A DNA stretch of 38,035 bases, from positions 1-38,035 of the IMG/VR virus record IMGVR_UViG_3300042922_000169; one strand, written 5' to 3'. The DNA comes from a virus. This document shows, piece after piece, positions 7,401-14,054 of this stretch (positions are counted from its first letter, which is position 1; every line of letters begins with the position of its first letter). The notes beneath the pieces were generated by a model. The model was not told the DNA's origin and did no database searches. It saw nothing but the letters and a program-made list of their open reading frames with translations. The translations under genes and the position numbers were made by a program.

Positions 7401-8843
7401 ATGAAAACAGCCGCATTATATATTCGGGTGAGTACAGAGGATCAAACTGAATATTCCCCAGATGCTCAAAAACGACTTTTGACTGATTATGCGAATAAGA
7501 ATGGGATGAGTGTTTCGAATGAATTTATATTTATTGATGATGGAATATCAGGTAAGAAAGCAGATAAACGCCCACAATTTCAACACATGATAGGTCTTGC
7601 TAAATCAAAAGAGCACCCAATAGATGTGATTCTTGTATGGAAATATTCCAGATTTGCGCGGAATCAAGAAGAGAGTATTGTATATAAATCGTTACTAAAG
7701 AAAAATAACGTTGATGTGATAAGTATAACCGAACCATTAATTGATGGTCCATTCGGTACATTGATTGAGCGTATCATAGAATGGATGGACGAATATTATT
7801 CTATCCGCTTATCTGAAGAAGTTAAAAAGGGCATGACAGAAAAGGCAATGCGTGGAGAATATCAAACCTATGCTCCATTTGGGTATACTATGAAAAAAGG
7901 GGAAGGTCAACTAAAAATAGACGAAAACAAATCCGATACAGTTAGGCTTATTTTTGATATGTATCTAAATCAGTCTAAATCCTTTTTTTATATAGCCAGG
8001 CATCTGAATGACATGGGATTAAAATCCAGTAGAGGAAATAAGTTCGAGCATCGTACAGTCAAGTATATAATACAGAATCCAGTGTATAAAGGTTGGGTTA
8101 GGTGGAACCCATCCGGTCAAGTTGATATTAGGTATCAGAAGGATACACGCGAAGATACTATTTTAAAACAAGGGGAACACGAACCAATAATTGATGAATC
8201 TATCTGGGATGCTGCCAATGAAAAGATGGTGAAAGAATATCGTCCTTTAAACTCCAAGCCTAGAGAAGTTATGGTTCATTGGTTAAGTGGGATAATAGTG
8301 TGTAGTAACTGTGGTGGATCTTTAGTTTCAGGAGGTTCAGCGGGTGGGTTTCAATGCACATCTTACTCAAAGGGTAAATGTAAAATATCGCATTATGTAA
8401 GTTATACCAAAATAGAGAAGGCCGTAATCAATGCACTACAAGGAATATCTATAAGTGGGAATTTTGATTACGAAATTATTAACAGTACTACGGTTAATGA
8501 TGATGCAATAATTGAAAATGCGCTATTAAGGCTTGATCAGAAGGCGAAGCGTATGAAGGATGCATATTTAAATGGAGTTGATTCATTGGAAGAATATAAA
8601 GAAAATAAAATTAAATTTGAATTAGAACGACAGGATTTGATTGGCAGAATGTCCGTGAAAGATACTGTCTTAAAATCATCTGACACAGATCAAATAATGA
8701 TTGAAAGAATTAGTACAGCATTATCAATTATAACATCAGATGCTGACAGAGATAAAAAAAGTATAGCTATAAGGAGCATCATACAGAAGATTATATACAA
8801 TAAATCTAATGAAAATATTGATGTTTATTTATATTTGGCATAG
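7401..8843 (+). CDS. int: Large serine recombinase (integrase)
   Basis: 480 aa. Resolvase catalytic N-terminus AALYIRVSTEDQ, recombinase domain, zinc ribbon CSNCGG...C...C, C-terminal coiled coil. Confidence 0.9.
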   Translation: MKTAALYIRVSTEDQTEYSPDAQKRLLTDYANKNGMSVSNEFIFIDDGISGKKADKRPQFQHMIGLAKSKEHPIDVILVWKYSRFARNQEESIVYKSLLKKNNVDVISITEPLIDGPFGTLIERIIEWMDEYYSIRLSEEVKKGMTEKAMRGEYQTYAPFGYTMKKGEGQLKIDENKSDTVRLIFDMYLNQSKSFFYIARHLNDMGLKSSRGNKFEHRTVKYIIQNPVYKGWVRWNPSGQVDIRYQKDTREDTILKQGEHEPIIDESIWDAANEKMVKEYRPLNSKPREVMVHWLSGIIVCSNCGGSLVSGGSAGGFQCTSYSKGKCKISHYVSYTKIEKAVINALQGISISGNFDYEIINSTTVNDDAIIENALLRLDQKAKRMKDAYLNGVDSLEEYKENKIKFELERQDLIGRMSVKDTVLKSSDTDQIMIERISTALSIITSDADRDKKSIAIRSIIQKIIYNKSNENIDVYLYLA

Positions 8844-8844
8844 A

Positions 8845-8890
8845 CTATACGCAAATGCAATTAGCACCACCAAATTGTATTTGCGTATAG
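8845..8890. other. 46-bp dyad element immediately after int (candidate attP core, or an int terminator)
   Basis: CTATACGCAAATgCAATT-agcaccacca-AATTGtATTTGCGTATAG. The outer arms are 12-bp perfect; the arms extend to 18 bp with one mismatch. There is no T-run after it. Confidence 0.35.
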
Positions 8891-8925
8891 CATTAATTAA
8901 ATATTAAAACTATTGCTATAACAAA

Positions 8926-8965
8926 TTAAAACGCCCCGACCTACAAACTGGTTGGAGCGTTTTAA
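8926..8965. terminator. Hairpin terminator between int and the convergent small ORF
   Basis: TTAAAACGC...GCGTTTTAA stem with inner CCGACC/GGTTGG pairing, flanked by A/T runs on both sides. Confidence 0.5.
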
Positions 8966-8982
8966 TAATTTATATGTATAAT

Positions 8983-9162
8983 TTATTTCTCGTCCAGATA
9001 TATCAATACATAATTAATGCAATCTCTAAACGAACATAAGTTTTCTCTTCCGTATGGCGCCATAATTTCAATTACATTATTCATGTCCACGTCATTTTCG
9101 GATAATTTCTTGTTGACATCATTTGCGTCACTAAGCATTTTATACACATTCCCAACATCCAT
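8983..9162 (-). CDS. Small acidic protein (59 aa), unknown function, expressed from a LexA-box promoter
   Basis: MDVGNVYKMLSDANDVNKKLSENDVDMNNVIEIMAPYGRENLCSFRDCINYVLIYLDEK. RBS GGAGAGGG 6 nt upstream. It is below the size cutoff of the ORF track. Confidence 0.5.
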   Translation of the reverse strand: MDVGNVYKMLSDANDVNKKLSENDVDMNNVIEIMAPYGRENLCSFRDCINYVLIYLDEK

Positions 9163-9217
9163 ATTTGCCCTCTCCTGCTTTGCGTTGTAATATCCATTTG
9201 GTAGTGAAATTAAGTAA

Positions 9218-9246
9218 ATTATATCAGAACAAACGTTCTACTTCAA
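9218..9246 (-). promoter_or_regulatory. Sigma-A-type promoter with a LexA (Cheo) box in the spacer
   Basis: Minus strand: TTGAAG (9241-9246), 17 nt, TATAAT (9218-9223). The spacer contains AGAACGTTTGTTCT (9226-9239), a perfect GAAC-N4-GTTC. Confidence 0.65.
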
Positions 9247-9335
9247 CTATCTTTTGTATTTTGCACAGACTTCACCTGTGTTTATCTTCCGTATATCTAT
9301 TTCATGCGCATATTATGTAATTTTTTAGTAAAAAG

Positions 9336-9419
9336 CCCCACCATTTACAGTTAATAAGCAATCTTTTTAAACACCCTATAAGTGCCATGTGTCTGCTTAT
9401 TAACTGTAAATTAGTGGGG
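9336..9419 (-). terminator. Unusually long hairpin (24 of 25 bp paired, 33-nt loop), probable terminator of the 9534..9758 gene
   Basis: CCCCACCATTTACAGTTAATAAGCA (9336-9360) pairs with TGCTTATTAACTGTAAATTAGTGGGG (9394-9419). On the minus strand it is followed by CTTTTTACTAAAAAA. Confidence 0.45.
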
Positions 9420-9533
9420 GTAGGGGATAGTTATTGATTAACTACTATCATTAAGGCAATTATATAACACAATTATGGCAAAGAAAAGACATAGGACAAA
9501 TTTCACATCTGTGCCATTTCTGGCATTTTAAAC

Positions 9534-9758
9534 CTATTTTTCCATGTAAGTTAACGTTTCATAGTCTATATCAAATACATGCTCTAATTTGAAACCAAGA
9601 CCATGGGAAATTTTAATTGCATCGGACAGTTTAGGGTCCACTTCCATTCTTTCTATTCTGCCTAGAGTTGATTTAGATACCTTTGCTATGGATGCAAGAT
9701 CGTCTAAAGTAAGCCCTAACTGGTGTCTTATTGGTCGCGCGAAATTTATTGGTATCAT
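9534..9758 (-). CDS. XRE-family HTH regulator (74 aa)
   Basis: Likely start is MIPINFARPIRHQLGLTLDDLASIAKVSKSTLGRIERME, with RBS AAAGGAG. The track ORF extends to 9794. Confidence 0.7.
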   Translation of the reverse strand: MIPINFARPIRHQLGLTLDDLASIAKVSKSTLGRIERMEVDPKLSDAIKISHGLGFKLEHVFDIDYETLTYMEK

Positions 9759-9793
9759 GGCATCATCTCCTTTTTCGTCAGAATAAAATATCA

Positions 9794-9825
9794 ATACTTT
9801 TAGTATTATATTTTTACTATTAGTA
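9794..9825. promoter_or_regulatory. Two palindromic operator-like sites between the divergent HTH genes
   Basis: ATACTTTTAGTAT (9794-9806) and TACTATTAGTA (9815-9825). Both are TACT-N-AGTA-type palindromes. Confidence 0.45.
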
Positions 9826-9887
9826 TATGCATTGGTTGTGTTGTTCCTCCAAATTTGATATGATACATTTTCTTAAGGGGTGCAAAC

Positions 9888-10178
9888 ATGATTGACGGTA
9901 AAGAATTTGGACAACGGATCCGCAGTGCGCGGCAAAGAAAAAATATAAAACAACTTGCACTATGTGAATTAGCTGATATAAGCCAGCCCAGGCTATCAGC
10001 TATGGAGAATGGCGACACCAATATGTTGATAAACTCGCTTGATAAAATAGCGGAAACCCTAGAAGTGCCTGTTTCTTGGCTCCTGGGTGAGGATGTTATT
10101 AGTGTAAATGGATTAACTACCGATGAAATATTAGAATTATTGAAATACAAAGAATTGTTAATAAGAAAACGTAAATAA
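9888..10178 (+). CDS. XRE-family HTH regulator (96 aa)
   Basis: FGQRIRSARQRKNIKQLALCELADISQPRLSAMENG is a classic HTH_3 pattern. RBS AAGGGGTG. Confidence 0.75.
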   Translation: MIDGKEFGQRIRSARQRKNIKQLALCELADISQPRLSAMENGDTNMLINSLDKIAETLEVPVSWLLGEDVISVNGLTTDEILELLKYKELLIRKRK

Positions 10179-10390
10179 GCCTTTATCCACATGGATTTAG
10201 GCTTTTATGCACTTTGTACACGAAAGCACTTTATTATCTCCTTTATGCCAAGTATACAAAATATACCAGATCGGATATAATAAAGGAGTCTTGGAGAGAC
10301 AGTTGGTATTATTGGATGAAATAGATATTAAAGAACGGACGGGAACCCTGTGCTGCTGCATGGGGTTTTCGGTGTTGAGGAGGAATAAAG

Positions 10391-10627
10391 ATGAATACAC
10401 CAATAGCTGTTAAAGCTGCATTTTCCGTCACTGGAGAGATTAAGCCTTTGTATGTGCAATTAGAAGATAAAGCATACAAAATACATGAAATCGAATATTC
10501 GAAAGAAGAAATCTATGTTGGTATAGCAACTATCCTATTTTGCTGTTATATAGAGCGGAATGGCCAGCCGGAAAGAATCAAGATAAGGTTTCATCGGAAT
10601 ACAACACAATGGGTATTGATAAAATAG
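10391..10627 (+). CDS. Small protein of an unassigned family (paralog 1 of 3 in this genome)
   Basis: 78 aa. RBS GGAGGA-N7-ATG. It aligns with 34439..34708 on shared residues (P.Y.Q..D..YK...I.Y.K.EI..GI.T.LFCC..E..G....IK.R.H..T.QWVLI). Confidence 0.65.
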   Translation: MNTPIAVKAAFSVTGEIKPLYVQLEDKAYKIHEIEYSKEEIYVGIATILFCCYIERNGQPERIKIRFHRNTTQWVLIK

Positions 10628-10662
10628 CCCTGGCCATCTCTGCCCATGGCTTATTATTACGC

Positions 10663-10676
10663 AGAACAAATGTTCA
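10663..10676. promoter_or_regulatory. LexA (Cheo) box
   Basis: AGAACAAATGTTCA, a perfect GAAC-N4-GTTC, in the intergenic region 30 nt upstream of a TATAAT (10706-10711). Confidence 0.55.
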
Positions 10677-10737
10677 AATTCACAGTTTTCACAGCTTTAA
10701 CATAGTATAATACTTGTTAAAGGGAGGTGAAAGCTTC

Positions 10738-10782
10738 ATGGATCATATACAACATTTAATAAACTTTGCTAGATATTGTTAA
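10738..10782 (+). CDS. Possible 14-codon leader peptide
   Basis: AAGGGAGGTGA-N7-ATG, peptide MDHIQHLINFARYC. It lies between the LexA box and the DUF3467 operon promoter. Confidence 0.25.
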   Translation: MDHIQHLINFARYC

Positions 10783-10793
10783 ATTTTTGTGAA

Positions 10794-10836
10794 TAAACAT
10801 GTGTTCGTTGCAATCTTAAGTATATCACTGTATAAT
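10794..10836 (+). promoter_or_regulatory. Promoter of the DUF3467 operon with an adjacent degenerate LexA-like box
   Basis: TTGCAA (10808-10813), 17 nt, TATAAT (10831-10836). TAAACATGTGTTCG (10794-10807) has one core mismatch to GAAC-N4-GTTC and abuts the -35. Confidence 0.55.
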
Positions 10837-10873
10837 AATACCATAAAACATATTTGATACGGAGGATAATACT

Positions 10874-11131
10874 ATGAATGAACAACCGATAATCACTACT
10901 AATAACGTAGAACCATTATCATCAAATGCAATAGAAATGAATTTCAGCATATATGAAGTGAGCATGAATTTTTTAAGAGACACTGCGGCGAATGGATCAA
11001 TTACCAGAGAATCCATGGCTGACATTAGAATTAGTCCACAATTAGCAAAAATGATTACTTTTCTAATGCAGGAAAATATAGGTAAGTACGAAAAAGAATT
11101 CGGCGTTATACCTATGCCAAAACAACCATAA
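10874..11131 (+). CDS. DUF3467-like protein
   Basis: 85 aa. ...IRISPQLAKMITFLMQENIGKYEKEFGVIP matches the DUF3467 C-terminal signature as I remember it. Confidence 0.55.
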   Translation: MNEQPIITTNNVEPLSSNAIEMNFSIYEVSMNFLRDTAANGSITRESMADIRISPQLAKMITFLMQENIGKYEKEFGVIPMPKQP

Positions 11132-11140
11132 GGTGAACAT

Positions 11141-11485
11141 ATGATGAATAATTACATAAATACAACTGATGTATTTGGGAATAATATTATATGCAGTGAG
11201 GATCATTGGAATAATCACGTAGCCGCAGGAAGTCATAAGATAATGTCAAAAAACAAAGATGCTGTGGTTGATACTCTTAGATCTCCTGATGCTGTGTATA
11301 ATTCAAGTGACTATGCGAACAGAAAAGTTTTTTTCAAGAAATCGACGCATTCTTCATATGACTGCAACCGATTTAATACTAAAGTAGTTGTAGGTTATGA
11401 CTCAAATCAATCAGGTGAAATCATTACAGCATTTCCTTCACCTGGAGAAAAAGGAGGAATAGGCGATGTCATATACCCAGAATAA
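11141..11485 (+). CDS. Toxin-like small protein (possible barnase/RelE-fold nuclease, uncertain)
   Basis: 114 aa. ICSEDHWNNHVAAGSHKIM....DTLRSPDAVYNS....RKVFFKK. The downstream gene, a DUF2283-type partner, overlaps it by 20 nt. The assignment rests mainly on context. Confidence 0.3.
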   Translation: MMNNYINTTDVFGNNIICSEDHWNNHVAAGSHKIMSKNKDAVVDTLRSPDAVYNSSDYANRKVFFKKSTHSSYDCNRFNTKVVVGYDSNQSGEIITAFPSPGEKGGIGDVIYPE

Positions 11486-11723
11486 AGTCAGTTATGACAA
11501 GAAATATGATGTACTCTATTTCAGTTTAGAGGATAATGATAATTCTTATGGCGATGAAATAGAGGATAATATTGTTTTCATGAAAGATATAGATACAAAT
11601 GAAATTACCGGAATTACTGTAATGGGCTTCTTGAGATATTTTTCTAATACACCCGAACGGCTTGACTCACTAAAACCATTTTTGGATGTATCGGAAATAG
11701 CAAATAAGTGCGCCAATATGTAA
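11466..11723 (+). CDS. DUF2283-like protein (antitoxin-type partner)
   Basis: 85 aa. SYDKKYDVLYFSLEDNDNSYGDEIEDNIVFMKDIDTNEITGITVMGF matches the DUF2283 pattern. RBS GGAGGA-N7. Confidence 0.6.
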   Translation: MSYTQNKVSYDKKYDVLYFSLEDNDNSYGDEIEDNIVFMKDIDTNEITGITVMGFLRYFSNTPERLDSLKPFLDVSEIANKCANM

Positions 11724-11740
11724 ACCCATGATATTAAAAT

Positions 11741-11779
11741 AAAGGCTCCCTGGTCTAATATTTAAGCCAGAGAGCCTTT
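11741..11779. terminator. Bidirectional terminator between the convergent accessory operon and the endolysin gene
   Basis: AAAGGCTCCCTGG-N13-CCAGAGAGCCTTT (13-bp stem, one mismatch), flanked by A-run and T-run. Confidence 0.6.
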
Positions 11780-11791
11780 ATATTGTATCGG

Positions 11792-12451
11792 TCAAGCTAA
11801 TTTATTAAGCAGCGCTTTTAAAGCCGTATAACCCAGAGAACCACTTGTTGCATCACTGTACTTTCTGCTTGCTCTAAATGCATTAACAGCCGCTATGGTC
11901 CCGTTACCCCACAATCCATCTGCTTTAATCCCTAATGCTGTCTGGATTGCCTTTGTAACGTATGTAGTGGTATGCTTGGAATCAAATACCGCCGCAAAAT
12001 CTCCCTTTACCTGGAAGTGAGGACTATCCGGTGTAGTCTTCCAGTTAGCTCCCGGCTCAAATCCATATTTCTGCATCGTCTTGATGATAATCTGAGTCTG
12101 AGGGTCTTTGGTATTATAAATAGCAGTCATTTTACCCTTTACCAGTCTTTGGGGAACCACGTCCACGGCTTTACGTTGGATATGTATGCTATCAAGGGTC
12201 CATGTCTTTTTACCTACCGATGTATTACAGTATGCTTTTGCAAATACATTACCAATTCCCTTGGTTGTACACTCAGCTATCGTGCGTCCCTGGCAGTATA
12301 AATAATGCTGCCTGTCTAAAGGTCTGTATGTCTCTGTAACAAGAGGATTAACGCCTTGCTTGCGGATATCTGCTAATGCCAGCTCCAACATGATCCGAAC
12401 TAATATATTTAATTCTGTTGCATCTCTGCAGCTTACCGTAACATTGCTCAT
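11792..12451 (-). CDS. Endolysin: M15 (VanY-like) peptidase with C-terminal peptidoglycan-binding domain
   Basis: 219 aa. TYRPLDRQ, SIHIQRKAVDV and DSPHFQ are metal ligand motifs. C-terminal IQTALGIKADGLWGNGTIAAVNAF is PG_binding_1-like. Confidence 0.8.
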   Translation of the reverse strand: MSNVTVSCRDATELNILVRIMLELALADIRKQGVNPLVTETYRPLDRQHYLYCQGRTIAECTTKGIGNVFAKAYCNTSVGKKTWTLDSIHIQRKAVDVVPQRLVKGKMTAIYNTKDPQTQIIIKTMQKYGFEPGANWKTTPDSPHFQVKGDFAAVFDSKHTTTYVTKAIQTALGIKADGLWGNGTIAAVNAFRASRKYSDATSGSLGYTALKALLNKLA

Positions 12452-12879
12452 TTAGTTTCCTCCTCCGCCTTACTCTTCAGCACATCAATGGCATTCTTTA
12501 ATATCTTAGGATAATCAATCCCCATTAGACCACCATTCTCCAAGATAGATACTGCTTCGTTCGCCGCGAAACCTATAACCACCGTATTACGCACAATCTC
12601 AGTACCAGTAAGCTTATCTATCTGAGTAGCTACAAGGACATATAGTAAGATCATACCTTTTTTACATAGCCCTTTGAATCCGGCTCTGCTTTCTAAGGCT
12701 CCGTTCTCAGTCTTGGTTGACTTCTTAAACACCACGGCTACAACAAGCCCCGTTATGTAATCAACCGCCATGAAGATAATTAAAGTCTGCAATGCTAAGT
12801 CCCACCCCCCAAGCGCCTGCGCTATGATGCTTCCTATTAGTCCGAATACTCCGAATAATGCATTATGTTTCATAATCAA
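12448..12879 (-). CDS. Holin (phage_holin_4 / LL-H family)
   Basis: 143 aa with 3-4 TM segments. DYITGLVVA....ESRAGFKGLCKKGMILL...ANEAVSILEN is typical. Its ATGA overlaps the endolysin start. Confidence 0.85.
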   Translation of the reverse strand: MIMKHNALFGVFGLIGSIIAQALGGWDLALQTLIIFMAVDYITGLVVAVVFKKSTKTENGALESRAGFKGLCKKGMILLYVLVATQIDKLTGTEIVRNTVVIGFAANEAVSILENGGLMGIDYPKILKNAIDVLKSKAEEETK

Positions 12880-12896
12880 TATTTCCTTTCTGTATT

Positions 12897-12916
12897 AAAA
12901 AGAGCCTGTTGGCTCC
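12897..12916 (-). terminator. Weak hairpin plus T-run upstream of the holin gene
   Basis: Minus strand: GGAGCC-aaca-GGCTC followed by TTTTTAAT. Confidence 0.35.
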
Positions 12917-12922
12917 CGGTTA

Positions 12923-13231
12923 CTATCTTACTGCTAAAGCTTCTTTGATTGCTTTTAGTTCTGCCGTCATAGCATCCGTAGATACAACAATGGTATATGT
13001 ACCTGCTTCGTAATCCTTTTTGATTGTCTTGAGTCCTACACCATCATAGTAGCCAGCCAGCACCTCACCCGATTCAGCTAGACATTGAATGTTCGAAACA
13101 TCGGCAAATGCTGCCTCTACGTCTGCATAAGGAGCCTCCGACTTGACGGTAAACTCTCGGCTCTTCTCCCGGTCTGTGATGCCGTTTACTACTAATTCAT
13201 ATTCGTTTGTTCCAATCTTAATTTTTTCCAT
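12923..13231 (-). CDS. Hypothetical protein (102 aa)
   Basis: Clean ORF with RBS AAAGGAAAT. No recognisable motif. Confidence 0.5.
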   Translation of the reverse strand: MEKIKIGTNEYELVVNGITDREKSREFTVKSEAPYADVEAAFADVSNIQCLAESGEVLAGYYDGVGLKTIKKDYEAGTYTIVVSTDAMTAELKAIKEALAVR

Positions 13232-13247
13232 ACTATTTCCTTTCTAT

Positions 13248-13277
13248 TTGTTGATATTTGGTGTTTTATGGTATAAT
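13248..13277 (+). promoter_or_regulatory. Promoter of the plus-strand zinc-ribbon moron
   Basis: TTGTTG (13248-13253), 18 nt, TGgTATAAT extended -10 (13272-13277). Confidence 0.5.
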
Positions 13278-13326
13278 CTCCTTACAGGCCGTGAGAGCTG
13301 AGTACAAAAGAAAGGAGAATATACCT

Positions 13327-13530
13327 ATGGCTCGTTATTTGAAATGCCCTTATTGCGGTAAAGAAAAGCTCGGGGAATTATCCGCAAGCGAAGGTAAATC
13401 GTGGGGTTTGGTTGAATTCGACCCAAACAAGGATCAAACGGTTTTAGAAAGAACAATGCCTGTCGATGTATTCGCTTGTGAGGATTGCCACTCTATACTG
13501 CTCAAAGGTATTGATATTGAAAAAATCTAA
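13327..13530 (+). CDS. Small zinc-ribbon protein (67 aa), counter-oriented moron
   Basis: Preferred start is MARYLKCPYCGKEK, with RBS AAAGGAGAA. CPYC...CEDC. The track ORF starts earlier, at 13258. Confidence 0.55.
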   Translation: MARYLKCPYCGKEKLGELSASEGKSWGLVEFDPNKDQTVLERTMPVDVFACEDCHSILLKGIDIEKI

Positions 13531-13679
13531 TTTGCGATTGCGGAAGTTTTGCTTTTGAGTTTAGCAACTCCATCATCAGTATTAAGCACTGTGCCTGCAG
13601 CAATTCTTTTTTCTAAAGCTTCGATTCTTTCCCTATAAGGGTCTTTGCACTCTATCGTGCATCCTTCTATTACTTTCAT
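13527..13679 (-). CDS. Small hypothetical protein (50 aa)
   Basis: MKVIEGCTIECKDPYRERIEALEKRIAAGTVLNTDDGVAKLKSKTSAIAN. RBS AAAGGAG-N7. Its stop overlaps the stop of 13327..13530. Confidence 0.4.
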   Translation of the reverse strand: MKVIEGCTIECKDPYRERIEALEKRIAAGTVLNTDDGVAKLKSKTSAIAN

Positions 13680-13736
13680 GTAAAATCTCCTTTCAAGACA
13701 TAAAAATAAGCCCTCTCTGAGGACTCTGTTAATTAG

Positions 13737-14054
13737 GTTATTGATAATTTAGCTGTATCTGGTGCTGGTGCTACTCCAGCATCTGGATTAAATGGTACGC
13801 GAAACTGGATATACAAGAAGTGTGGATTTTGTTGCATTGACTTGGTTTTATCCGGGTCTATAACAAGCGGTATGATTGTTGCAGCTATACCGGCTGGATA
13901 CAGACCCACTCCCGGGGCTGCCTTAAAAGCTATAAACACAGGAAATGGTAGCTTTGTTTACTGTACTGTTTCAAGTAATGGAGATGTAATTGTTTATCCT
14001 GGTAGTACTATATCAAACATAATAATATCTGATACTTATTATGCGGTATCATAA
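13737..14054 (+). other. Silent inverted cassette encoding an alternative tail-fibre C-terminal domain (no start codon context of its own)
   Basis: Open 105-codon frame VIDNLAVSGAGATPASGLNGTRNWIYKKCGFCCIDLVLSGSITSGMIVAAIPAGYRPTPG...YYAVS. There is no ATG or RBS. It begins at the 12-bp repeat TGATAATTTAGC (13742-13753), whose inverted copy lies in the fibre gene (14347-14358). Confidence 0.55.

Noticed and set aside
9806-10192. 128-aa minus-strand ORF
   Set aside because: It lies antisense to the well-supported XRE regulator 9888..10178 and spans its promoter region. It has no RBS and a low-complexity product.
10197-10413. ORFs 10197..10403 (-) and 10207..10413 (+) in the leader upstream of paralog 1
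   Set aside because: Neither has a credible RBS or start context. The region is better explained as a ~100-nt 5' leader downstream of a TATACA-17-TATAAT promoter (10253-10281), with a weak AACCC/GGGTT hairpin.
13722-13747. GGTTATTGATAA (13736-13747) resembles the right half of a Hin hix site (GGTTTTTGATAA, recalled from memory)
   Set aside because: Only one half-site matches. The left half (gactctgttaat) does not match, and the partner repeat at 14347-14358 lacks the flanking similarity. It is not enough to call a Hin/Gin-type crossover site.
13733-13939. 68-aa minus-strand ORF overlapping the silent fibre cassette
   Set aside because: It has no RBS and a low-complexity Pro/Ala-rich product. 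The plus-strand frame gives a fibre-tip-like sequence and explains why the region is open.
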